From: Candidatus Latescibacterota bacterium
GTDB lineage: Bacteria; Latescibacterota; UBA2968; UBA8231
Length of the DNA: 64,000 nt
Reading direction: 5' to 3'
Assembly: GCA_965243025.1 (NCBI GenBank)
Contig: CBDETY010000003.1
Location: 1,856,001-1,920,000 of the forward strand
Shown here one piece after another: positions 50,860-63,200 of the stretch. A model generated the notes under the pieces. That model ran no database searches, was not told the DNA's origin, and saw only the letters and a list, made by a program, of their open reading frames with translations. Made by a program: the position numbers and the translations under genes. Within the stretch, counting starts at the first letter, position 1; the number at the start of each line of letters is the position of its first letter.

Positions 50860-50975
50860 CGGAAAGGGCCCTCGGCCCCTTTTCGGGACGCGGTCGGGTT
50901 TCCCGGTCCAAAGGTGGCATCCGCGCCAGGGAAACAGCAGTGCATTCGGGGGACGCGTTCCCCGCACCTCATTCC

Positions 50976-52091
50976 TCAAGTAAGGCTGTCGTAGATCGCC
51001 TCCAGCGCCTGGGTCTGGCGGCTGGCGTTGTAGTTGGTCTCGACGTGGGCGCGACCTGACCGCCCCATCGCCGGCCACCTCGACGGATCCACGAGCAGGG
51101 CGGCCAGCCTGTCGGCAAGGCCCTCGACATCCCCTTCCCCCGCGAGCAGGCCGCTGGCTTCATCGACGACGTACTCGGGGATATCGGCGTGCCGGGTCGC
51201 CACCACCGGCATTCCCGCCGCCTGCCCCTCGAGCAGGATCACCGGGGCTCCTCCCTCCCCGTCCCCGTCCGACGCGGTCCTGCTCGGCTGGAGCAGGATG
51301 TGGCAGCGGCCCAGCTCTTCGAGGACCCTGGAGTACGGGAGAACCCCGAGCCGCTCCGTGAACTCCCCGATTCCCGTCTCTGCAAGAGCCCCCTCCACCG
51401 CGGGCCGCTCCGGACCGTCCCCGATCAGCACCAGCCGCACATCCGCCCCGGTGCGCTCGCGGGCGCGTGCGACCGCCCTTATCCCGTCGGGAATCCCCTT
51501 CTTTTCGCGAAAAGAGGCGCAGATCAGGACCCGTGTCCGCTCCCCGGCTGCCGGCCGATCGAAGGGAATGCGGGCGAGGTCCACCCCGAGACGGTGGACG
51601 GCGATCTTCCTTTCCGGGCACCCGATGCGGCCCAGCTGCGCCGCCATTGAGCTCCCCTCCGCAAGAAACAGCTCCCCCTCGCTGAAAAGACGGCGATAGA
51701 GGGCCCGCCATTTCGGATTGCCGGCGGCTCGGGTGGCGTCCGCTCCATAAAAGGACGTCACCATCGGCAGGGCAGAGCAGCGCCTTGCCCGCAGGCAGCG
51801 CCCCCCCTGGAAACCGTGGTGGGCGTGGATGAGGTCGGCCCGGTAAGCCCGCAGCACCTCCGGGTAGAAGGGGTACTGCCCGGTAATCCGGCGAACCACG
51901 CGGTTGGCCGCCCCTTTCCAACCCACGAGTGACTCGGCGGTGAAAAGCGCGGAAACAGGGTACTGGTCGAGGTTCCTGGCTTCCTGGGTCAGGGCGACGG
52001 CCCTGTACGACTTCAGCGAGGCGAGCTGGCTGTGGATCCAGGAGCCGGTCTCGGGAAGAAAGGGGGTGGCGCAGTGGGCTACGGTTTTCAT
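50976..52091 (-). CDS. Glycosyltransferase family 4 (WcaL-like)
   Basis: LIHAHHG, EKKG, GDGP, EGGAPVILLE, HADIPE. Confidence 0.92.
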   Translation of the reverse strand: MKTVAHCATPFLPETGSWIHSQLASLKSYRAVALTQEARNLDQYPVSALFTAESLVGWKGAANRVVRRITGQYPFYPEVLRAYRADLIHAHHGFQGGRCLRARRCSALPMVTSFYGADATRAAGNPKWRALYRRLFSEGELFLAEGSSMAAQLGRIGCPERKIAVHRLGVDLARIPFDRPAAGERTRVLICASFREKKGIPDGIRAVARARERTGADVRLVLIGDGPERPAVEGALAETGIGEFTERLGVLPYSRVLEELGRCHILLQPSRTASDGDGEGGAPVILLEGQAAGMPVVATRHADIPEYVVDEASGLLAGEGDVEGLADRLAALLVDPSRWPAMGRSGRAHVETNYNASRQTQALEAIYDSLT

Positions 52092-52261
52092 GGGGGGAAG
52101 TTGCAAGGCGGGGCTGCCGCAATACTGCCGACTGATCTCCTGCCCGGCAAGGCGCGCGCGCGTGAGCAGCCCGCTTCCAGGGACCCGTTGATCGCCGCGA
52201 CAGGGGGATCCTACATTCCCGCCCCGTCCCTGAACAAACCCGAAACTCGAGAAGTGCAGGC

Positions 52262-52948
52262 ATGTCGGAACGGCTCAAGGAACTCGCAGGAAGGAAAGCG
52301 GTCGAACAGGTCCGCGACGGAATGGTCGTCGGCCTCGGCTCCGGATCGACCGCGGAGTACGCCATCCGCGCCCTCGGCGAACGCTGCGCGGCCGAGGGAA
52401 TGGACATCCGCTGCGTGCCGACATCCGAGGCGTCCGGGCGGCTGGGGAGGGAGGTGGGCCTGGAGGTCTCGAGCCTCGAGGAAGAGCCGGCGATCGATCT
52501 GACGATCGACGGCGCCGACGAGGTCGACCCCGACCTCAACCTCGTCAAGGGCCTCGGCGGCGCCCTTCTCCGCGAAAAGATCGTAGCCGCGGCGAGCGCC
52601 AGGGAAATAATCATCGTCGACCCGTCGAAGCTGGTTGACCGGCTCGGCACCAGGAGCCCCCTTCCGGTCGAGGTCCTTCCCTTCGCCCGGGCGCTCGCCC
52701 GCGACAGGCTGATCGAATCCGCCAGCTCGGCGGTGATGCGCACCACCCCTGAGGGCCGCGAATACCTGACAGACAACGGCAATTTCATCCTCGACTGCAG
52801 CTTCGCTGACGGAATCCCGGATGCCGGCGCTCTGGAGGAGAAGATCAACCGGATCCCGGGAGTGGTGGAAAACGGCCTCTTCATCGGCCTCGCCGACCTC
52901 GTCATCATCGGGCAGGAGAACGGAACCTGCCGCGAACTCAAGGCCTGA
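52262..52948 (+). CDS. rpiA: Ribose-5-phosphate isomerase A
   Basis: GLGSGST, DGADE, KGLGGALLREK, TDNGN. Confidence 0.97.
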   Translation: MSERLKELAGRKAVEQVRDGMVVGLGSGSTAEYAIRALGERCAAEGMDIRCVPTSEASGRLGREVGLEVSSLEEEPAIDLTIDGADEVDPDLNLVKGLGGALLREKIVAAASAREIIIVDPSKLVDRLGTRSPLPVEVLPFARALARDRLIESASSAVMRTTPEGREYLTDNGNFILDCSFADGIPDAGALEEKINRIPGVVENGLFIGLADLVIIGQENGTCRELKA

Positions 52949-53003
52949 TTTCTTCCGGGAAAATCCCAGCATCACAATCGGTTCAGACGGGCAACCGGGG
53001 CTG

Positions 53004-53429
53004 CTAACGCCGCACCCCCACCCCGTGGAGATAGACGAGCTCGCCGCCGTACAGGCTGGCCGTGAACAGGACGCCGCAGCCGGCAAGGGCGGCGGTGACC
53101 AGGAAACGCAGGGCCCAGCCCCCGGTCCGCCCCCGCAGCTGCAGCGGCAGCCGGCCGAGGAGGATGGCGAGAAACAGGATGAATGCCGCCGATCCCCAGT
53201 CCTCGTGGCGCTGCACCAGCCCGCTGACCGCGCCGGCGTCCCGGTACGGCAGGGCGGCCTGGTTCCCGGTGATCACCGCCGCGGCCGCGGCCGCGGTGCC
53301 GAGCAGGAGCATTGCGTACCCCGCCGTGTGCCAGGCGGGCCGCCGCAGGATGATCGCGGCCAGGTCGATCAGGACCCCGACCGGAATGAGGGCGATCGCA
53401 AAATGGACTATCCAGGGGTGCCAGCTCAT
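53004..53429 (-). CDS. DUF2231-type membrane protein
   Basis: HPWIVHFAIAL, H in mid loop, GGELVY.HGVG. Confidence 0.85.
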   Translation of the reverse strand: MSWHPWIVHFAIALIPVGVLIDLAAIILRRPAWHTAGYAMLLLGTAAAAAAVITGNQAALPYRDAGAVSGLVQRHEDWGSAAFILFLAILLGRLPLQLRGRTGGWALRFLVTAALAGCGVLFTASLYGGELVYLHGVGVRR

Positions 53430-53545
53430 GGCGAGGTACGTTATCCGGGCCCCGGGGGAGGGGCAAGCCGGTCCGGCCGGTTGACTTCGGCGCTGGCGGC
53501 TGAGTATGCTCCGGGAAAAATGCCACTCGAAACCCGGAGCGCCCC

Positions 53546-54853
53546 ATGGCCAGCGATCTGAAGCAGCACATCGACCAGACCGCGATCTGCGATACCCACG
53601 AACACCTGAAAAAGGAGGGGGACTGGGTCGACCAGGGGCCGGCCGACGTTCTCGTCGACCTCTTTACAAACTACGTCCCGGCGGACCTGCACACTGCCGG
53701 AGCCTCGCACGAGGCGCTGCAGCGGCTGACCGATCCGGGGGATCCGGACCTCGGCGCGCGCTTCGACGGCATCCGCGACGCCTGGGAGGCGATCCGCTTC
53801 ACCGGGTACGGGGAGGCGGTGCGGATCCTCGGGGAGGATCTCTACGGCCTCCGGGACTGGTCCGCCGCCGAGTTCGAGCAGGCGCAGACCAGGCTGATGG
53901 AGTGGCGCCGGCCCGGGGGGCGCTACCGGCTGTTGACGGAGACAGCCAACCTCGACCACACCCAGACCGACGACGCCTGCTGGCCCTGCCTTGCGGACGC
54001 GTCAGGGCCGGAGTTCTTCTTCTACGACATCAGCTGGGCGGCCTTCTGCCGCGGTGACGTCGACCCCGAAGCCGTGGAGCGGGAAACCGGCGTCGCCGTC
54101 AACGATACCGCTTCCCTGCGCCTTGCCATGGAAGCGATCTTCGACAAGTACGCCGCCTGCGCCATCGCCGTGAAGGCGCAGCACGCGTACAACCGCACCC
54201 TCGCCTGGCGGGAGCGGAGCGACGGCGAGGCCTCCCGGGTCCTCGAGCGCGCGCTGCGCGGGGAACCGCTGGAGCCGGAAACGCGCAACGTCCTCGGGGA
54301 CTGGTCCTGGGCGCGGGGCTGCGAGCTCGCCGCCGAACACAACCTCCCCTTCAAGCTCCACACCGGGTACTACGCCGGCAACGACCGCATGCCGGTCGAT
54401 TTCATCAAGGGGGGCAACCTCTGCGCCCTGCTGGCCAGGTACCCGGAATGCCGCTTCGTCCTCATGCACATCGCCTATCCGTACTCCGACGAGCTCGTCG
54501 CCCTGACCAAGCACTACCGCAACGTCTACGCCGATCTCTGCTGGGCCTGGTCGATCGACCCTTACACCTCAGGGGACTTCGTGCGCCGCTTCCTCCACGC
54601 CGCCCCGGTCAACAAGCTGTTCGCCTTCGGCGGCGACACCGGCAATCCCACCAGCGCAACCGCCTACGCCATCCAGACGCGCCGCTGGCTGACGCGCACC
54701 CTGGAGGCCGAGGTCGCCGAGGGGCTGATGTCGGAAGCCGAGGCGATGGAGGTCGCCACCCGCCTGCTGCGCCGCAACCAGCTGGACTGCTTCGACCTGG
54801 AAGGGACCCGCGCGGCCTGCCGGGGAGCGGTTGAAGCCGCGGCCGCGGGGTGA
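53546..54853 (+). CDS. Amidohydrolase superfamily protein (uronate isomerase-like)
   Basis: DTHEH, HTG, MHIAYP, FGGD metal-binding motifs. Confidence 0.85.
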   Translation: MASDLKQHIDQTAICDTHEHLKKEGDWVDQGPADVLVDLFTNYVPADLHTAGASHEALQRLTDPGDPDLGARFDGIRDAWEAIRFTGYGEAVRILGEDLYGLRDWSAAEFEQAQTRLMEWRRPGGRYRLLTETANLDHTQTDDACWPCLADASGPEFFFYDISWAAFCRGDVDPEAVERETGVAVNDTASLRLAMEAIFDKYAACAIAVKAQHAYNRTLAWRERSDGEASRVLERALRGEPLEPETRNVLGDWSWARGCELAAEHNLPFKLHTGYYAGNDRMPVDFIKGGNLCALLARYPECRFVLMHIAYPYSDELVALTKHYRNVYADLCWAWSIDPYTSGDFVRRFLHAAPVNKLFAFGGDTGNPTSATAYAIQTRRWLTRTLEAEVAEGLMSEAEAMEVATRLLRRNQLDCFDLEGTRAACRGAVEAAAAG

Positions 54854-55094
54854 GTCCGGGCCCGCCCGTCTGTCCCGGGCGGGCCGGAAGTGCTTCCGCG
54901 CGACACCCGAACGGGACTCCGTTTGTTTCGTTGAATTGTCCCCCCGATACCTATCTTTGCCTTGACTTGCGGCGGCGGATTACGCCCGAGGGTTTCCCTT
55001 TCCCCGGAATCCAAAGGGCCCGTCGGTCGCGGCCCTGAGACGAATCGAGCCACAAGCGTCCGGATTCACCCGAGAAAGGCATGGCAGTAGCGAC

Positions 55095-56765
55095 ATGACC
55101 GACATGAGACAGCACAGCAGCACCATCGTCGACGGCCCCCACCGGGCCGGAGCGCGGGCGATGTACAAGGCGGTCGGATACGGCGACGAGGCGTTGTCGA
55201 AGCCGCTGATCGGAATCGCCAACACCTGGACCGAGATCGGCCCCTGCAACTACCACCTGCGCCGGCTGGCCGAGTTCGTGAAGCAGGGGGTGCGGGAGGC
55301 GGGAGGAACGCCGCTGGAGTTCAACACCGTGACCGTTTCGGACGGCATCACCATGGGCACGGAGGGGATGAAGACCTCCCTCGTCAGCCGCGAGGTGATC
55401 GCCGACTCCATGGAGCTGGTCGCGCGCGGCCATATGCTCGACGGACTGGTCGCCATGACCGGGTGCGACAAGACGACCCCGGGGGCGGTGATGGCCCTGG
55501 GGCGGCTGCAGATCCCTTCCCTGGTCTTCTACGGCGGCAGCATCATGCCGGGCAAGTTCGAGGGCCGCGACGTAACCATCCAGGACGTGTTCGAGGCGAT
55601 GGGGGCGCACGCCAAGGGGCGCCTCGACGACGCCGGTCTCAAGGGTATCGAGGACGCCGCCTGCCCCGGCGCCGGCTCCTGCGGCGGACAGTTCACCGCC
55701 AACACCATGGCCACCGCGGTCGAGATGCTCGGCATCGCCGCCATGGGCAGCGGATCGGTGCCGGCCACCGACCCCGCGAAGCAGGAGGTCGCCGTGGAGA
55801 TCGGGGGCCTCGCCGTCGACCTCGTGCGCCGCGGGGTGCGCCCGAGGGACATCGTTACCCGGGCGGCGCTGGAAAACGCCATCGCCTCCATCGCCACCAC
55901 GGGGGGATCGACCAACGGGGTGCTGCACATGCTGGCGATCGCCCGCGAGTTCGGCATCGACCTCGAGCTCGACGACTTCCAGGGCATCAGCAGCGTCACC
56001 CCGCTGATGGTCAGCCTGAAGCCTGGGGGCCTGTTCGTCGCCCCGGACCTCCACCGGGCCGGGGGCATCGCCCTGGTCGCCCGGCGGCTGCAGCAGGCCG
56101 GAGTGCTGCGCGAGCAGTGCCGGACGGTCACCGGGCGCACCATCGGCGAGGAGGCGGAGGCAGCCCGCGAGACCCCGGGGCAGGAGGTGGTCCGCCCGGT
56201 CGACAAGCCGATCAAGGCGAGCGGCGGTCTCGTGATCCTGCGCGGCAACCTCGCCCCCGAAGGCTGCGTCGTTAAGCTCGCCGGGTACGAGCGCACCCGG
56301 CACGTGGGGCCGGCCCGGGTGTTCGAGCGCGAGGAGGAGGTCCTGCCGGCGATCGAGAACGGCACCGTCTCCGAGGGGGACGTGGTCGTCATCCGCTACG
56401 AGGGGCCGGTCGGGGGGCCGGGAATGCGCGAAATGCTGCACGTGACCGGCGCCATCATGGGAGCCGGCCTCGGCGACTCGGTGGCGCTGATCACGGACGG
56501 GCGTTTCTCCGGGGCGACCCGCGGCCTCATGCTCGGCCACGTCTCTCCCGAGGCGGCCCGCGGGGGCCCGCTGGCCGCGGTCAGGGACGGAGACGAGATC
56601 ACCATCGACACCGAGGCCAAGCGCCTCGACGCCGCCCTCGACGACGCCGGGATCGCCGCCCGCCTGCGGGACTGGAAGGCGCCGGAGCCGCGCTACCGGA
56701 CCGGCGTCATGGCCAAGTACGCCAAGCTGGTCTCGTCCGCCTCCGAAGGGGCGGTCACGGGCTAG
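55095..56765 (+). CDS. ilvD: Dihydroxy-acid dehydratase
   Basis: [30 protein letters not shown]. Confidence 0.96.
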   Translation: MTDMRQHSSTIVDGPHRAGARAMYKAVGYGDEALSKPLIGIANTWTEIGPCNYHLRRLAEFVKQGVREAGGTPLEFNTVTVSDGITMGTEGMKTSLVSREVIADSMELVARGHMLDGLVAMTGCDKTTPGAVMALGRLQIPSLVFYGGSIMPGKFEGRDVTIQDVFEAMGAHAKGRLDDAGLKGIEDAACPGAGSCGGQFTANTMATAVEMLGIAAMGSGSVPATDPAKQEVAVEIGGLAVDLVRRGVRPRDIVTRAALENAIASIATTGGSTNGVLHMLAIAREFGIDLELDDFQGISSVTPLMVSLKPGGLFVAPDLHRAGGIALVARRLQQAGVLREQCRTVTGRTIGEEAEAARETPGQEVVRPVDKPIKASGGLVILRGNLAPEGCVVKLAGYERTRHVGPARVFEREEEVLPAIENGTVSEGDVVVIRYEGPVGGPGMREMLHVTGAIMGAGLGDSVALITDGRFSGATRGLMLGHVSPEAARGGPLAAVRDGDEITIDTEAKRLDAALDDAGIAARLRDWKAPEPRYRTGVMAKYAKLVSSASEGAVTG

Positions 56766-56806
56766 CCAGCCGGGAAGACCGGCGGCGGCCTGCAGAAGCG
56801 TCTGCG

Positions 56807-57955
56807 ATGGGGACGGGCAGCATCCTCTGCCGGGGCTGCGAAGCCGATTTCGGGTTCGCAGCCCCCTTCCACCGCTGCCCCGGGTGCGGGGGGCCGCTCT
56901 CCTTTTCCCTGGACCGCTCCTTCCCGCTCGCCGGGATCGCCGCGCGACCGCCCGGCATGTGGCGCTACCGCGAGGCCCTTCCGGCTTTCGAGGAGGCGGT
57001 CTCACTCGGGGAGCAGCCGACCCCCCTGGTTGCGGCCGCCCCCCGGGAGTTCGGGAGGGAGGGGGTGCTGTTCAAGTGCGAGTACGCCCTTCCCACAGGG
57101 TCCTACAAGGACCGCGGCGCCGCCACCCTGGTCAGCTACCTGAAATCGACGGGCGTGACCGAAGCCGTAGAGGACTCGTCGGGGAACGCCGGGGCCTCGA
57201 TGGCGGCGTACTGCGCCCGCGCCGGTATCGGCCTGAAGGTATTCTGCCCGCAGTCCGCCTCGGCGGGAAAGCTGACGCAGATCCTGCTTTACGGGGCCGG
57301 GCTGGTGCGCGTGCCCGGGCCGCGGCCCCGGGCTACCGAGGCGCTCCTCGAGCACGTGGAGGCCGCCGGCAGCGCCTACGCCTCCCACCTCTGGCACCCC
57401 CTTTTCCTCGAGGGCATCCGCACCATGGCGTACGAGACCGCCGAACAGCTCGGCTGGTCGGCGCCCGACTACGTCCTCTGCCCGGTCGGTGCCGGAAGCA
57501 TCCTGCTTGGGCTGTTCGACGGTTTTTCCGACCTGCTCGCCGCCGGCGTCGTCAAGCGGCTGCCGCGGCTGGTCGCGGTGCAGGCGGCCAACGTCGCCGC
57601 GGTCTGCGCGGCCGTGCGCAGCGGCGCCGGGCATGTGGAGCCGGTGCTTGCCCCGCAGCCCACCCTGGCGGAGGGAATCGCCCTGCCGGCTCCGGTCCGG
57701 GACCGCGAGGTACTGCACGCGATCCGCGCCTCCGGGGGGACGGCCGTCGCCGTAGGGGAGGAGGAGATCGCAGCCGGAGCGGAGGCCCTCGGCAGGGCCG
57801 GTTTCTGCGTCGAACCGACCTCCGCGGTCGTCCGGCAAGGGCTGCGGAAGCTTATCGAAAGCGATTCCCCTCCTCCCCCCGGCGCCACCGTCGTCGCGGT
57901 GCTGTCGGGGCACGGCCTCAAGGCCTCCCCCGCCCTGGCGGAAATCCTCGGCTGA
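56807..57955 (+). CDS. Threonine synthase-like PLP enzyme
   Basis: N-terminal CxxC...CPxC, PTGSYKDRG, DSSGNAG, EPTSA. Confidence 0.88.
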   Translation: MGTGSILCRGCEADFGFAAPFHRCPGCGGPLSFSLDRSFPLAGIAARPPGMWRYREALPAFEEAVSLGEQPTPLVAAAPREFGREGVLFKCEYALPTGSYKDRGAATLVSYLKSTGVTEAVEDSSGNAGASMAAYCARAGIGLKVFCPQSASAGKLTQILLYGAGLVRVPGPRPRATEALLEHVEAAGSAYASHLWHPLFLEGIRTMAYETAEQLGWSAPDYVLCPVGAGSILLGLFDGFSDLLAAGVVKRLPRLVAVQAANVAAVCAAVRSGAGHVEPVLAPQPTLAEGIALPAPVRDREVLHAIRASGGTAVAVGEEEIAAGAEALGRAGFCVEPTSAVVRQGLRKLIESDSPPPPGATVVAVLSGHGLKASPALAEILG

Positions 57956-57970
57956 ACGGCGGAAGACCCG

Positions 57971-59467
57971 TCAGCTCCGGGCTTTCAGCTCTTTCAGCCG
58001 CTGCGCCTCTTCCGAGTTCCTGTAGTAATCGTCGAGGGGGAAACAGCCGCTGACCATGCCGTTGCGCGGGGCGGTGGTGCAATCGCTGAAGGTGCGGCAG
58101 ATCCGCTTGCGGGCCAGCTCTCCCCCGCCGTAGAGCAGATCGTGCGGCAGGTCGGGGTACGACAACACCATGCGGCCCAGGCCAACGAAATCGACCGCCC
58201 CCGAACGCACCGCGGCCTGGGCGACGTGGGGCAGGAACTCCTGCAGGTAGCTGTACCCCGATCCGACGAACACCCGGTCCGGGAACGAGCTCTTCAGCCG
58301 GGCGGCCCCGGCGATCTGCCTCGCCACCCCGGCGAGCGGGTCCTCGGGCGGCTGGTACCCGTCGGACGGCGGAAACAGCGCCGGGCGCTGGATGTGGGGG
58401 TTGTAGTAGGGGCTTCCGCAGGTGAGGTTGACGAGGTCGACCCCCCACTCCCCGAGGGCGGCGATGAAGCGGCGGGGCTCGTCGAGGTCGATTTCCAGCG
58501 GATCGTCCGGGTCGATCCCGAACCCGTACTGGTAGGGCAGAAGCGCTTCGAAGGACTCGGGAACGCCGGTTCCGGGTTTGCCTCCCTCCCCGTCCGGACC
58601 GGGTCGGAACGGCACGAAGTCATAGGAACTGAGGCGCACTCCCACTTGTAGTTGCGGCGCCTCGCTCCGGATTCCCTCGACGATCTCGCGGCAGAAGCGG
58701 GTGCGGTTCTCGAAAGAGCCGCCGAACCTGCCGGGGCGGGTGCGGGCGCTCAGCAGCTCGTGGCCGAGATAGCCGTGGCAGTGCTTGACGTCGACGAAGT
58801 GAAACCCGGCGTCGCGGGCGATGCAGGCCGCCTCGACGTAGAGCTCGATCAGCTGTTGCAGGTAGTCGTCGGTGACCGGCGGGTGGCCGGGGTCGAGGCC
58901 GAACCTGCGGTCGAGAATCGGGTGCCTGTAGGCGATGCAGGGCTCCATCCGGTCCTTGCGGAAGGGCCGGCAGAAGCGGCCGGAATGGGTCAGCTGGAGG
59001 CCGGCCACGAGGTCGTCGGCCGAGCCGAAGCGTTCCCCGTGGGCGGCGGTCAGGATCTCCCTGAGCTCCCGCACTCCGTCCCGGGTCGAGGCGCAGGCCA
59101 TCAGCTGGTTGGGGTTTGCCCTCCCCTCCGGACAGACGGCGAACGCCTCGCCCCCCCAGATCAGCTTGGCCCCGCTGCGCCCGAAGTTTCGCCAGCGCCG
59201 GCGCACGTTGTCGGTGGGCATGCCGTCAGCGGACCCGTCCCACCCCTCCATCGGCTGGATGGCGAAGCGGTTGCCCGCCCGCCTGTCGCCGATGGCGCAC
59301 GGCTGTGCCAAGGGCGATTCGGGCGCCTGCAGCGGAGTTTCGTCGCAGGGGAGCGAGGCCCCGATGGCTTCGAGGTGAGCGCGGAAGTCGGCGGCCTGCT
59401 TGAAGGCGGACACCCGCGGATGGCGGTCCCGGCGGCGCGGGGGCCTTCCCGAACCGGCCTCAGCCAC
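57971..59467 (-). CDS. NADH:flavin oxidoreductase (Old Yellow Enzyme family)
   Basis: [35 protein letters not shown]. Confidence 0.92.
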   Translation of the reverse strand: MAEAGSGRPPRRRDRHPRVSAFKQAADFRAHLEAIGASLPCDETPLQAPESPLAQPCAIGDRRAGNRFAIQPMEGWDGSADGMPTDNVRRRWRNFGRSGAKLIWGGEAFAVCPEGRANPNQLMACASTRDGVRELREILTAAHGERFGSADDLVAGLQLTHSGRFCRPFRKDRMEPCIAYRHPILDRRFGLDPGHPPVTDDYLQQLIELYVEAACIARDAGFHFVDVKHCHGYLGHELLSARTRPGRFGGSFENRTRFCREIVEGIRSEAPQLQVGVRLSSYDFVPFRPGPDGEGGKPGTGVPESFEALLPYQYGFGIDPDDPLEIDLDEPRRFIAALGEWGVDLVNLTCGSPYYNPHIQRPALFPPSDGYQPPEDPLAGVARQIAGAARLKSSFPDRVFVGSGYSYLQEFLPHVAQAAVRSGAVDFVGLGRMVLSYPDLPHDLLYGGGELARKRICRTFSDCTTAPRNGMVSGCFPLDDYYRNSEEAQRLKELKARS

Positions 59468-60242
59468 CGGGCCTTCCGGAATCCCCGGACATCCGACCGG
59501 ACCTGGGCAGGTAGATGACCCCGGCGATTCCCACGGCCACCAGGGCCAGGCTGATCAGCTGGGCCCCGGTCAGGCCCCATGCCACGACCGGGTTCAGGCG
59601 GATGAACTCCACTGCGAAGCGGGCGCAGCCGCTGAGAACCAGGTAGAGGGAAAACGAAGTCCCGGGAACCGCAAGGCGCCTCCGGGTCGACCAGAGGATG
59701 CCGAAGATCGCCAGTCCCATCAGGGTTTCGTACACCGGGGCGGGGTGGACTTTTTCGAGGGTAGGGACGACTCCCTTCGGGTACGCCATGCCCCAGGGGA
59801 GGTCGGTCGGCACGCCGTAGTCCCCGTCGCCCGCCAGCTGGCAGCCGATTCTGCCTATGGCGTAGCCGATCGCCAGGCCGATGCCGACGGCGTCGGCCAC
59901 CTCGGGCAGGGGCGCGCCGCGGCGGCGCACCAGCCAGACGACCGCGGCCGTCGCCAGGAACAACCCGCCGTGCCAGGTCAGGCCGCTTCCGGAGAACACG
60001 GCGCCGAGGGATTCGCTCCAGGTGACTCCCGGGGGAAGCTCGAAGAGGATGAAGTAGAGCTTGGCCCCGGCGAGGCCGGCGAGGATCCCCGCAGTGAGGA
60101 TGGAGGAGGCCAGCTCGGGGTCCAATCCCTTGCGGCGCAGTTCCTTCTGGATGAAGAAATGGCCGGCGAGGAACCCGAGCACGACCATGGGGCCGAAGGT
60201 GGGCAGCCTGAAGCCGCCGATTTCCAGCCAGTAGGGGTACAT
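59460..60242 (-). CDS. lgt: Prolipoprotein diacylglyceryl transferase
   Basis: WHGG, GRIGC..GDGDYG, LPWG, HP..VYE, RF.VEFIR. Confidence 0.92.
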   Translation of the reverse strand: MYPYWLEIGGFRLPTFGPMVVLGFLAGHFFIQKELRRKGLDPELASSILTAGILAGLAGAKLYFILFELPPGVTWSESLGAVFSGSGLTWHGGLFLATAAVVWLVRRRGAPLPEVADAVGIGLAIGYAIGRIGCQLAGDGDYGVPTDLPWGMAYPKGVVPTLEKVHPAPVYETLMGLAIFGILWSTRRRLAVPGTSFSLYLVLSGCARFAVEFIRLNPVVAWGLTGAQLISLALVAVGIAGVIYLPRSGRMSGDSGRPGG

Positions 60243-63200
60243 CAGTTCGTTGCCTCGGCGGACCCGGCTTCCCCGCCGTCCCCGGCGAGGCGGGCGATTT
60301 CGCGCCGCACCTGCCCCGTGACCTCCCTGTAGACCTCGTAGTTTCCCAGGCGCTCGCGCCGCGCGGCGTACGGCGCCATCTCGACCGGAGGGCCGAAGTT
60401 CAGGCTCACCCGGTTGCGCCGGGGAAAGCGGCCGTTTTTCGGCAGCGCCTCCCGGGTCCCGGCGACGTGCACGGGAACGATCGGCAGGTCGAGCTCGATC
60501 GCCAGCAGACCCACCCCTGTCCTGAACGGTTGCAGAGCCCCGCTCGAGGACCTGGTTCCCTCGGGAAATACCAGCAGCGGCCGCCGCACCCCGATGAGGC
60601 GGCGCAGTGCCAGCAGGCTTTCGAGAAACTCCTCCTGCCGGTCGAAGGGCACGGCGTCGAGCATGGTTCGCAGGAACCAGCTAAGCGAAGGGGACCTCGA
60701 GAGGTAGTCCCTGGCCGCGGCGAGACTGATCCGGTCGATTCGGGGCCTTATCGCCAGCAGGATGGACGGGGCGTCGAGATGGCTCGTGTGGTTGGCGGCG
60801 ATCACGTAGGGGCGGTCCGGGGGAAGGTGCTCCAGTCCCCTTGCCTTCAGCGAGAAATAGAGACGGTACAAACCCCCGCCGGCGGTCCAGAACGTTTTCC
60901 GCAGTATGCCGGAACCCCCATCGGCCCGCAGCTGATGCCCCCTGTTCCCGTCCTGTCCCCGCAGGGCACGTGTCCAGTACCCGCCCCCGTCCCCGGGAGA
61001 GGGGATCCTCTTTTCAGAGGCGACGAACAGGGGCTCCAGTTTGTCCACGAGACTGCGCAGCGTCGGGCTGCGAAGGATCTCCCGGGAAAGCGGACGGCCG
61101 AGAGTTTCCCCGACGATCCCGGCGAACTCCACCGACATCAGCGAGTCGAGCAGGCTGTCGAGGGGGGCGTCGCCGTGGGCGAGAACTTCGGCCGGCGTCA
61201 GTCCCGTTATCCTGCTCAACAGGTCGTAGACCGACCTCTCCCAGGGGGCCAGGCTCTCGTCGATCTCGACCTCGGCCCCCTGCAGCTCGTGCTGCAGGTC
61301 GGCCAGCACCCGGGGCCGGTCGACCTCGCCGGCGCAGTTGCGCGGAAGGGGCCCGCTGCGCACGTGCAGGCGCTGAATGCGCTGGTAGGTCGGAAGGTTG
61401 CGCGAAATCCCGTACGCCGCCTCCCTCGCGCGGGCGGCCGCCGCATCCCCGGCTCCCTCGGCCAGCACGGCCACGCCGTGAGCCTCCTCGCTCAGAGTTC
61501 GCGGCGATCTCACCCCGACGACGCTCAGCTCCGCCACCTCCGGCAGACCCCGGTACAGCCCTTCCACTTCATCGGGGTAGACGTTTTTGCCGGCGCCGGT
61601 GACGATCAGGTCCTTGCAGCGGCCGGTGATGAACAGGTACCCCTCGTCGTCGACCCAGCCGATGTCCCCGCTGTGGAGCCAGCCGTTTCTCAGGACCGCG
61701 GCGGTCAGTCCGGGGCTGTCGAGGTACCCCGGCATGACGTTGGGTCCACGCACGAGGATCTCGCCGCAGCCGCGGGGGTCAGGCTCGTCAATGCGCAGAT
61801 CGACGCCGGGCAGAGGGATTCCGACCGACCCCGGCCTGGCCTTTCCCGGAGGGTTGACGGTGACGATCGGGGAAGTCTCCGTGAGGCCGTACCCCTCGTA
61901 CACGGTAACCCCCATGCGGCGGTAGCTCTCGAAGATCCCCGGTGCCAGGGGGGCGCCGCCGCTGACGACGAGCTTGAGCCTGGAGATCGGGGCGGCGCTG
62001 TCGCGGTCGAGGGCGTGGCGCTCCTCCTCCCCGTGCCTGCCGAGGCGCTCGATGCGGTCTGCGAGGATCTTCAGCAGCCGGGGCACCGCCAACAGCGCAT
62101 TCGTGCCGGTCTCCCGCATGGTCTCGAGGATCACCCGGCTGTTCAGGGTCTCGAGGTAGGTGACGGTCGCCCCGCTCAGGAGCGACATCAGCAGCGAGCC
62201 GGTGAACTCCAGGCCGTGGTGCAGGGGAAGCAGCGAGAGGACGCGGTCCCCCCGGTCGAGGCGCTGAACCTCGGCGATGGCGAGCAGGTTCGAGAGGAAA
62301 TTCCCATGCGTGAGGACAACTCCCCTGGGCTCGACCGCGGTGCCGGCGGTGAAGATGATCGACGCCTCCATCCCGGGACTGACGCCAGGCGGTTGGAGGT
62401 GCTCACGAGGAGGGGGCTCGGCTGCGGCTTCGCCTCCCGGCAGCGGGAACATCCGGCCGTCGAGATCGAAGAAGGCAAGCGGCCGCCCGGAGGTCCCGGC
62501 GGCAGCTCTTTCGGAGCCGAGAGTCTCGAAGCTGGCGCGCGAGGCGACCAGTCCACGGGCCCTGGTGAACGCCGCCAGCTTCCACACCTCCCCCGGGGGG
62601 GTCTGGGGGTCGACGGGAACCACCGCCAGTCCGGCGACCGAGGCCCCCATGTAGGCGATCACCCACTCGGGGCTGTTTCCCCCGTACAGCAGCACCCGGT
62701 CCCCGGCCTCGAGCCCGCAGCGCTGCCACAGGTCCGCCCGGGCTTCGGCGCGCGCCAACAGCTCTCCGTAGGACACTCTCACCCAGGAATCGCCCCGCTT
62801 CATCTGCAGCGCCGTGATCTCCCCGTAGCGGGCGCAGGACCAGCGCAGCAGATCGGGGATCGTCTGCAGCTCCTCCTCCTGCTGCCAGCGCTCCTCTTCC
62901 GAGCCTACCTCCGCGGGGGGCTCGCGGAAGATCTCCTCCTCCCCGGCGTCCCCCAGGACGTGCCGCCTGAGCCCGGGCAGATGGACGTCGCCGATGTAGC
63001 GATCCCAGTCGATGCGCTCGACGTCCATGTTGAAAACCTGCCGTTCGCCTGCCGGGAGACTGGCGTGGAGGGCGCGGGCGCGGTCGGTGGAAAAGCTGCA
63101 CTCCAGGTGGGTGTACGGATGGTAGATGTCGGCGTAGTACAGCACCCTCTGCAGCCGGATCTTCATCGTCGACAGGAGCCGGCGTTTCTGCGGAGATGCC

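Noticed and set aside
54951-57005. 684-aa minus-strand ORF
   Set aside because: Antisense shadow of ilvD.
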